Positions 17,589 through 23,711 of a stretch of DNA of 37,947 nucleotides are shown here, in pieces. The DNA lies in IMG/VR virus record IMGVR_UViG_3300049144_000153, positions 1-37,947 of that record, one strand, 5' to 3'. The notes under the pieces are model-generated. The model worked only from the letters and a program-made list of their open reading frames with translations, was not told the origin of the DNA and did not search any database. A program made the position numbers and the translations under genes. Numbering within the stretch: position 1 is the first letter of the stretch; each line of letters begins with the position of its first letter. The DNA comes from a virus. Its lineage: Duplodnaviria > Caudoviricetes.

Positions 17589-18115
17589 ACCACGATGCTT
17601 ACTCCGAATTTGTGGGTGCCCTGGCGTCCAAGGAGCGTCACACCCACCTCGTCCCGCATCGTCTCTTCAGGCTCATCGCGACCCAGGCGCTCTATGACCA
17701 GGAGCAACTCGATGCCCTGAAGAAGGCGCTCTTCGCCGGTAAGCACAACCACAGCCTGGAGGCGACCCGGAAGAGCTACGCCATGGCCCCTGAGGCCGAG
17801 GACTACCCCGGCGTCAACATGGACCTGCTCCATGGCATTCTGGGTTTGCGGACGGAGGCCGACGAGCTGCTGCGACTGACTGTCGACGCCCGCAGCTACA
17901 AGACCATCGACCCGCAGAAGGTGGTGGACGAGGCCGGCGACGCCCTCTTCTACATCGCCCTGCAGCTCCGGGCCGTGGGCAAGACCCTCGACGACGCCCT
18001 CGACGGCAACGTCGCGAAGCTCAAGGTCCGGTACCCCGAGGGCTACAACTCGGCCGTTGCTGCGGCCGAGAAGAACCGGGACGCCGAAGCCGCCGCCCAG
18101 GCCGCTGTGATCTGA
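17585..18115 (+). CDS. MazG-like nucleotide pyrophosphohydrolase
   Basis: LLHGILGLRTEADELL...VVDEAGDALFYI...NVAKLKVRYPEGY. Confidence 0.85.
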   Translation: MNHDAYSEFVGALASKERHTHLVPHRLFRLIATQALYDQEQLDALKKALFAGKHNHSLEATRKSYAMAPEAEDYPGVNMDLLHGILGLRTEADELLRLTVDARSYKTIDPQKVVDEAGDALFYIALQLRAVGKTLDDALDGNVAKLKVRYPEGYNSAVAAAEKNRDAEAAAQAAVI

Positions 18116-18294
18116 TGATCTCATGGCAATGGTTGGGCCAGCCCTGCGAGGACTGGCCCAGGTGGCTCTGGTTCAGGAACTGGGCCAGGGACGGCGACAG
18201 GTTGGTTCTTCCGCAGCTCGAAGGGGTCGTGGTGATGAACCTGGGTGATTGGGTGGACAGGAGGCCTGACGGCTTCCTCACCCTCCGACCTTAA
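18115..18294 (+). CDS. Small Trp-rich hypothetical protein (59 aa)
   Basis: TGATG coupling; MISWQWLGQPCEDWPRWLW...LPQLEGVVVMNLGDWVDRRPDG. Not in the ORF track. Confidence 0.6.
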   Translation: MISWQWLGQPCEDWPRWLWFRNWARDGDRLVLPQLEGVVVMNLGDWVDRRPDGFLTLRP

Positions 18295-18299
18295 GAGAT

Positions 18300-18468
18300 C
18301 GGCACGAGTAACTCCCGTCTGCGTCCTCTGACCGTAGGACAGGTAACGTTAAACACGCCTGACATGCTCAACTCGGCTCGTGAGCGAGACCATGCTATTT
18401 ACGGGTTAATGTCGGGAACGCGGTCACAGCAGGGGAGGTCCCGAGGCCAGTCGGGACCTCCCCATTTC
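18300..18468 (+). ncRNA. Candidate structured non-coding RNA of unknown class
   Basis: Lies in the largest intergenic gap of the window; several nested stems, a possible pseudoknot and a terminal 13-bp hairpin. Confidence 0.45.
18432..18467 (+). terminator. 13-bp perfect hairpin, terminator-like
   Basis: GGGGAGGTCCCGA-GGCCAG-TCGGGACCTCCCC followed by ATTT. Confidence 0.6.
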
Positions 18469-18504
18469 GATTGAGGCGGGTTCCGCCATACGGGAGGAGA
18501 TGAG

Positions 18505-18702
18505 GTGAGCGAACTTGTCAGCAGGATGAAATGGGAGCGCGACCAAGGCGCGGGGCTTACCCCGATGGAGCACGCGGCCCTGATGGAGATTGAGCGCCTA
18601 CGCGGACTCTTGGAGGAGGCCGCCAAGATCGGCACATGGGGCACATCTGCCGAGCAGGACGCCGCCATTCGGGCCCGGATCGAAGCGGAATTGGAGAGTT
18701 AG
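18505..18702 (+). CDS. Hypothetical protein (65 aa)
   Basis: GGAGGAG RBS, GTG start. Confidence 0.6.
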   Translation: MSELVSRMKWERDQGAGLTPMEHAALMEIERLRGLLEEAAKIGTWGTSAEQDAAIRARIEAELES

Positions 18703-18737
18703 ACAGAGGGCGCGTCCGTCGAACTATGGAGGGGAGA

Positions 18738-18911
18738 ATGATACAGGCCGGAACTATGGTGAGGCTCAAGAAGGCTGTAGCTGATGGGGACACCGCAAAG
18801 GCCAAGGTCTTGGCTCTGTTGACCGACATCGAAGGCGGCTTGTTTCTCGACAAGCCCCTCAACGGCTTCCGCTACTGGAACATCAAAGACGTTGTGCGGG
18901 TCCGCAGTTAG
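18738..18911 (+). CDS. Hypothetical small beta-rich protein (57 aa)
   Basis: GGAGG RBS; MIQAGTMVRLKK...FRYWNIKDVVRV. Confidence 0.6.
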   Translation: MIQAGTMVRLKKAVADGDTAKAKVLALLTDIEGGLFLDKPLNGFRYWNIKDVVRVRS

Positions 18912-18985
18912 ACGGACGGGATTTCCGTATCACCGTAGCGAAGCCTGACTTCACTACCCTCACGAGAAAATTATCCTGAAAAGAC

Positions 18986-19008
18986 AAAGGCCCCACCGGG
19001 GCCTTTTT
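18986..19008. terminator. Bidirectional terminator between the convergent arms
   Basis: AAA-GGCCCC-ACC-GGGGCC-TTTTT, located between + and - strand genes. Confidence 0.85.
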
Positions 19009-19370
19009 CATTCCTCCAGAGCGGCCCGTTTCGTTCGAACCAGGTCTCGTACGAGGTTGTTGGTCTCCCGCGAGACCTCGATCAGGTTGGTGACCTGGAC
19101 CTGGAGGCGGACCACGTCGGCCGACAAGGTCTCACGGTCCTTGACGTAGGCCTTCAGCTGGTCCTCCAGCCTCTTTCGCAGCTCCATCCCCTGGTCGATC
19201 CGCTGGGTGAGAGTGGAGATCTGCTTATCCTGCTCCCGGTTCTGGTCGATGATCAGGAAGAATTGGCCCCCGATCGACGAGAGGGCGACGAGAGCAGCAC
19301 CGTAAACCCACCCCTTCTTGAAGGCGAACAGGCCGTTGTCGTCGATGATGGCGATCGGGGTCTTGGACAT
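19008..19370 (-). CDS. Membrane-anchored coiled-coil protein of the lysis cassette (holin or spanin candidate)
   Basis: One TM helix (WVYGAALVALSSIGGQFFLII) followed by a coiled coil; last gene of the lysis operon. Confidence 0.55.
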   Translation of the reverse strand: MSKTPIAIIDDNGLFAFKKGWVYGAALVALSSIGGQFFLIIDQNREQDKQISTLTQRIDQGMELRKRLEDQLKAYVKDRETLSADVVRLQVQVTNLIEVSRETNNLVRDLVRTKRAALEE

Positions 19371-19903
19371 CAGAGGGCTCCAGTCACGACGGCGAGGCCG
19401 AAGAGGACGCCCGTTGCCAGCTCCGCGTTGCGGATCTCGGCCCCCTTGGTCGAGAGACGCCAGGACAGCTCGTAGATGCAGACGATCAGAACGGCACCTG
19501 CGACCATTGGCACGAGGTGGAAGAGGGGAAGGAAGGCGAGGGGAGCAAGAACCGACAGGTGACGGAGGAAGAGCGCCACATGGTCGCGACGCTTCCCGCC
19601 GACGTCCGCGATGCGCTCGATCGCGGACTCATAGAGGCTGATCTTACGACCACCGAGGTCACGAGGCAGACGGTTGAGGGTGAACCACCGCCCCCATGGC
19701 GGGAAGGACCACGCGAGATAGGCGGACGCGAGGGTGAGGGCTTCCATGATCGGATAGGCCGCCAGCCACGAGAGAGGCACCACCAGCGGCGAAACCCAGA
19801 AGCGCGGGTGCCCTGGTAGCTTCGGAGCGCCGAAGCGGCCTCCTCGGACCCCGTTGATGAACAGGAATCCGAGGACGATGAGGATCTTCAGCAGCACGTT
19901 CAT
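19370..19903 (-). CDS. Multi-pass membrane protein
   Basis: Several hydrophobic segments; coupled to its neighbours. Confidence 0.65.
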   Translation of the reverse strand: MNVLLKILIVLGFLFINGVRGGRFGAPKLPGHPRFWVSPLVVPLSWLAAYPIMEALTLASAYLAWSFPPWGRWFTLNRLPRDLGGRKISLYESAIERIADVGGKRRDHVALFLRHLSVLAPLAFLPLFHLVPMVAGAVLIVCIYELSWRLSTKGAEIRNAELATGVLFGLAVVTGAL

Positions 19904-19910
19904 GTCTGCC

Positions 19911-20390
19911 TCAGCCCAGGACGTCGGCGGCTGTCGCCTCGGGCACCAGGGCGAGACGAGCGAGGATCTTCTGCTTCAGCTTCTCGGTGCCGCCAAGCCA
20001 GCGCACGACCGTGGGGGCGTGTTCGAGGGCGTACGCGACGGATTCGGCCACGACCTCGCTGCCGATCTCGACCGTGAGGACCCTGTCCTTGGTCGCGCCC
20101 TTCACGGCGTTGAACCCGTAGTTGATCGCACGCTCCAGGAGCTGGTCGACGCGCATGGTCTGAATGACCTCGTACACGCTCTTCGGCAGCTTGCGGAGAA
20201 GCCAGAGCATCGTGGCGATGAGCACCTGGTACAGGTGTTCGTCGAGCAGGGCGGCGATCCAGTCGCCGTAGGGGATGGCGACCTCGGCCGCGTAGGCGGG
20301 TTGGGCCAACACCACCGCGAAGAAGAAGACAGGGATCATGGCAACAGCGCCGAAGGGAGCTACACAAAGGGCAAGGAGCAGTCTCAACAT
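19911..20390 (-). CDS. Putative holin-like or exported membrane protein
   Basis: Hydrophobic N-terminus with an AQPAYA signal-like end and a second hydrophobic segment; directly after the endolysin. Confidence 0.5.
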   Translation of the reverse strand: MLRLLLALCVAPFGAVAMIPVFFFAVVLAQPAYAAEVAIPYGDWIAALLDEHLYQVLIATMLWLLRKLPKSVYEVIQTMRVDQLLERAINYGFNAVKGATKDRVLTVEIGSEVVAESVAYALEHAPTVVRWLGGTEKLKQKILARLALVPEATAADVLG

Positions 20391-20414
20391 CGTTTGGTTT
20401 CCGGAGTTGGAGGG

Positions 20415-21170
20415 TTACTTGAGTGCGCGCAGCAGCTCGTCGTCGATGCGATCGGATGCCGGGAGACCGTGGTCGAACCGGAAGGCCGCGATGGCTGCGA
20501 CTGTCTTGGGGCCGACGATGCCGTCCGCCTTGCCGACCATCTTGTAGCCGAGGGCGACGAGCTTCTGCTGGACGATCCGAATCTTGTCGCGGGACAGAGG
20601 CTCGGCGGTGAAGACACCGGTCGTCAGGGCTTCCTTGGCCCGCTGCAGATACTGCAGCCGGTCGTTGAGGCCGTTGTAGCCACCGTTGATCTTCTTCGTG
20701 ATGGCCCGTCCGTCGTCCTTGTCGGCGAGGGCGTTGAGCTTGTTGTCGTTCCAGTAGATGCCGGCGGACCAGGCGGCCCACTTGGGCTGAGCCAGAACGG
20801 TCGGATCGGCGACGCTGTCAGGAGCCTTGAGCCCGAAGAGCTTCCGGAGCGCATCGCGCACGCGCCGGTAGTTCGTTGCGCCCGTGGTCTGGAAAATCCC
20901 TCGACCCTTGTTGCGTCGACCGTCGCCGTCCTTGGCCTTGGTGTTGCCGAGGTCGGTGCGGGTGTCGTACGCATCGCCGCTCGCGTACTCCGTCAGCGTC
21001 CGGAAGCCGTCCGTCTCGTGGGCGGCCTGGGCGAGGAAGTGCGCCTGGCGTAGCGGGGTGTTGATCTCGAAGTGCTTGAAGACCGCTTCGAGTTCGGCGG
21101 CGACACCCTTGACGATGTCGACCCTCTCGCGCGGGCAGATGTCACAGATGATGCGCTCAAGACTTGACAT
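20415..21170 (-). CDS. Endolysin, glycoside hydrolase family 19 with C-terminal peptidoglycan-binding domain
   Basis: AHFLAQAAHETDGF, DLGN...DGRRNKGRGIFQTTGATNY, ITKKINGGYNGLNDR; PG-binding VQQKLVALGY...DGIVGPKTVAAI. ATG after GAGGTGG. Confidence 0.93.
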   Translation of the reverse strand: MSSLERIICDICPRERVDIVKGVAAELEAVFKHFEINTPLRQAHFLAQAAHETDGFRTLTEYASGDAYDTRTDLGNTKAKDGDGRRNKGRGIFQTTGATNYRRVRDALRKLFGLKAPDSVADPTVLAQPKWAAWSAGIYWNDNKLNALADKDDGRAITKKINGGYNGLNDRLQYLQRAKEALTTGVFTAEPLSRDKIRIVQQKLVALGYKMVGKADGIVGPKTVAAIAAFRFDHGLPASDRIDDELLRALK

Positions 21171-21327
21171 GAGCCACCTCGTCCGTGCCAAAGATTTCCT
21201 TGTACTTGTCCCTGATCTGCTGGATCAGCCATTGGCTGGCCGATGTCTTCGCAAGCTTTGCGAGCGCCTCGAGTTTGAGGCGGTCCTCAGGGGTTCCGTA
21301 TCCGATGATGCCAACACTTTTTGCCAT
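21157..21327 (-). CDS. Small putative ribbon-helix-helix DNA-binding protein (56 aa)
   Basis: MAKSVGIIGYGTPEDRLKLEALAKLAKTSASQWLIQQIRDKYKEIFGTDEVAHVKS (strand-helix-turn-S-helix); overlaps the endolysin start. Not in the ORF track. Confidence 0.6.
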   Translation of the reverse strand: MAKSVGIIGYGTPEDRLKLEALAKLAKTSASQWLIQQIRDKYKEIFGTDEVAHVKS

Positions 21328-21350
21328 GGCTCCAATGTGGGAGCCATGGC
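21323..21350. promoter_or_regulatory. Perfect 11-bp inverted repeat covering the RBS and ATG of the RHH-like gene
   Basis: GCCATGGCTCC-AATGTG-GGAGCCATGGC. Confidence 0.6.
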
Positions 21351-21390
21351 CTACTATTACTTCTCGCTCACCAGTGATATTGGATGAGTT

Positions 21391-21786
21391 TCAATTGAGG
21401 CTGGCGCAGAACAGCCAGAACGCCTTGAGCTGGTCGTCGCTCCAACCCTTGGCCGCCTGCACGATCGGCACCAGGGCGTCGGTGAAGCGGAACGTCACGG
21501 CCCCCGTCACCTTCACGCGGGCGCGGGCCAGCTCCTTGGGGTCGGTGATGGCGGCTTCGAGGATGGTGAGCAGCTCCTGCGGAATGGTGCCGGGACCGAC
21601 AGCGGCCTCAGCTTCCGCCCACGAGATGATCTCCTCCTCGGCTAGGCCCTGGAAGAACTGACGATCGGTGAGGTCGGGCATGACCGGTTCGGGTTCGGGG
21701 GTGGCGGCTACGGTCTCCAGCCACGCGCGGTCCTCGTCGGTCAGGGGGAGTTGCTCACCATCTACAAGCTTGAAAGCATCGGTCAT
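21391..21786 (-). CDS. Probable tail fibre assembly chaperone
   Basis: Follows fibre 2; LTDRQF...GWSDDQLKAFWLFCASL C-terminus is typical of fibre-associated proteins. Confidence 0.6.
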   Translation of the reverse strand: MTDAFKLVDGEQLPLTDEDRAWLETVAATPEPEPVMPDLTDRQFFQGLAEEEIISWAEAEAAVGPGTIPQELLTILEAAITDPKELARARVKVTGAVTFRFTDALVPIVQAAKGWSDDQLKAFWLFCASLN

Positions 21787-23060
21787 GGGATCTTGAATCC
21801 TCTCAGAATGATTTGACCGCCAAGGAACGTCGTCCCGCCGCCGAAGTAGAACCGCGCCTTAGACGCGCGGGACGACGACGTGACGAAGCCGCCGGCGTTG
21901 AATCGCTCCGGATAATCGACGGATGACTGGTAGTGGACGCTCTCCCACATCAGATGCGGGTACCGCGCAGGTCCGCCGGGATCGAGGGTCGCCTTTACCT
22001 TTGCTGCGGTGTGCGAAGTGTTCTGCACCGAGCCGGTCAACTGCCACTGAGCATTGGTGCCCTGCCGATGGACGCGGCCGACGGTGTTGATGTTCGGAGA
22101 GTAGTCAACCACCTCGTAGTAGCCCGCCACCAACTCGGCCCCGGCACCGTTAAAGAGCCGGGCATAGAGGGCTGAGTTGTTGGCGTTCGGGCAGGCCCAA
22201 GGCACCTCAACCTCAAACCAATCATACCCGGCGGGTAACGTGACATCGACGAAGGAAGATCCGTTCGGGATCACGACGCTGGAGAGATAAATGTCTCCCT
22301 GCCCCGTCAGGTTGCGAAGGTCATTGATGTTGATGTCTTCGGGGGGGCCTGCGGTCGCGGATTTGCGCGCCTTGAAGGTGCCGCTCGCCATGTTCGTCAT
22401 GCGGGCATTACTGACGAACTGGCCGCTCGTTTCGCTGAAGATCTCGTAGGAATTGGCCCCGGCGCTGAAGCCCCCGTAGCGAAATTTGTTGTCCTTATCG
22501 AGCCCGAAATAGGTTGCGTACGCCCCCGGTCGATGGAACAGGATCGCAGCGGGTCCGATAACGCCGCCGACGTTGACGCCGCGCACCTCGATGTTGGTAA
22601 AGGCCCCGGTGTTGAACTCCTTGATCTCGTCGATCGGATCCGTGGCCGATGCGTCCGGCATGAAGAAGGTCTGGGTGTTCCTGAAGCTGTTGACAGCGGC
22701 GATCTTGGCGTACCGAGCGTCCATCTCGGCCTGGGTCTCCAGGACCCGGATCCAGGCCGTCCAGGCCGCCGCGCCGTTCTTGTCGCGCTTCCAGATCAGG
22801 CTATCCGCTGCGCCGTCGCCGCCGTAGGCAATGGCGTACTGTGTGATGTACGTCGCGCCGGCATCCACCATCACGCGAATGAGCCAGTAGCCGGCAGAGG
22901 GCGTGTTCGTGGCCGCGTCGGTGGCGTTCCAGAGACCGTTCTCTTGGAGCGTGTTGACGTCCCCAGCGAAGCCTGGAGCCTGCTTGGCGCGCGGCCCCGT
23001 CGTGTTCGACAGATCCCGGGCGGCAGGATCCAGAAGAGCCCGGTCTAGTGCCTTGGTCAA
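21783..23060 (-). CDS. Tail fibre / receptor-binding protein 2
   Basis: Shares a knob-like module with fibre 1 (DLSNTTGPRAK...WIRVLETQAEMDARYAKI); FHRPGAYATYFGLDKDNKFRYGG fibre motif; TTG start after AGGAGG. Confidence 0.75.
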   Translation of the reverse strand: MTKALDRALLDPAARDLSNTTGPRAKQAPGFAGDVNTLQENGLWNATDAATNTPSAGYWLIRVMVDAGATYITQYAIAYGGDGAADSLIWKRDKNGAAAWTAWIRVLETQAEMDARYAKIAAVNSFRNTQTFFMPDASATDPIDEIKEFNTGAFTNIEVRGVNVGGVIGPAAILFHRPGAYATYFGLDKDNKFRYGGFSAGANSYEIFSETSGQFVSNARMTNMASGTFKARKSATAGPPEDININDLRNLTGQGDIYLSSVVIPNGSSFVDVTLPAGYDWFEVEVPWACPNANNSALYARLFNGAGAELVAGYYEVVDYSPNINTVGRVHRQGTNAQWQLTGSVQNTSHTAAKVKATLDPGGPARYPHLMWESVHYQSSVDYPERFNAGGFVTSSSRASKARFYFGGGTTFLGGQIILRGFKIP

Positions 23061-23708
23061 TTATGCCTCCTGGGCGAAGAAGATGTCGATGTCAGCGACG
23101 GTCGTCGCCTCGCCGCTCGCAATCGCCTGAAGCGCCAGGGCCTCGCGGGCGAAGCTGCCCTTGACGTGCGCACGGGCGGCCACAGCCATCTGCTCCATCT
23201 CGGCATTGGTGAGCGGCCGGAACTGGTTGTCGGCGAACTTCCAGAACTCGCCGTCCTGGCGGATGCCGAGAGACACCGCCTGCAGCTCCGACAGATACTT
23301 GCCCTGGCTCTCGCGGTCGGTGTGGATCGGCCAGCCGTTCCAGGTCGTTCCGGAGACCTCCATCTGCCACCGCTTCTCGGCCGCGTAGGCGGCGAGATCG
23401 ACGGGCGGGGTGGGAGGCTCGTAAGGCTCAACCACCACGCCGTTCCAACGCCGCCGCCCTTGGTTGGAAAGAAACTCCACCCATTGATCCCGCGTGATCT
23501 CCACCACGCCGTCAGGGATCAGGGGGTTGCGCTCTTCGCCAACTTTCTCGCCCTCGTCGTACCGGATGATAACGAGGTTCCCCTCGTCGTCCTCCCCATA
23601 GACCGGGACCGGGTCACTATAGACTGGCTTCATCAGAGGGCCGTGAACGCCCTCCGTGTAAAAGCCTTCGGGAAGGCCCTCGTCGTTGAATTTTGCGTAG
23701 ATGGTCAT
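23061..23708 (-). CDS. Tail fibre assembly protein (DUF4376-like C-terminus)
   Basis: GFYTEGVHG...IPDGVVEIT; KRWQMEVSG...IHTDRESQ...WKFADNQFRPLT...HVKGSFARE. Confidence 0.75.
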   Translation of the reverse strand: MTIYAKFNDEGLPEGFYTEGVHGPLMKPVYSDPVPVYGEDDEGNLVIIRYDEGEKVGEERNPLIPDGVVEITRDQWVEFLSNQGRRRWNGVVVEPYEPPTPPVDLAAYAAEKRWQMEVSGTTWNGWPIHTDRESQGKYLSELQAVSLGIRQDGEFWKFADNQFRPLTNAEMEQMAVAARAHVKGSFAREALALQAIASGEATTVADIDIFFAQEA

Positions 23709-23711
23709 GTG

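Noticed and set aside
16565-18115. Calling the hydrolase cluster a Z-genome (purZ/datZ/mazZ) locus
   Set aside because: No adenylosuccinate-synthetase-like purZ in the window, and these hydrolase families also occur in phages with unmodified DNA. Kept only as a hypothesis.
18415-18488. tRNA-like hints: TTCGATT, a 3' end GGGTTCC-G-CCA, GGAAC/GTTCC pairing, 74-nt span
   Set aside because: There is no T-stem pairing and no D or anticodon arm; the interior is a single 13-bp hairpin. Not called a tRNA; tRNAscan-SE or ARAGORN would settle it.
18878-18894. GAACATC-AAA-GACGTT resembling the 20-bp palindrome
   Set aside because: The spacer is 3 nt shorter and the CCCTAGGG core is missing; not counted as a copy.
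18968-18977. 10-mer AAATTATCCT also present on the - strand at 35355-35364
   Set aside because: Only two copies, in inconsistent contexts; could be chance in AT-rich patches.
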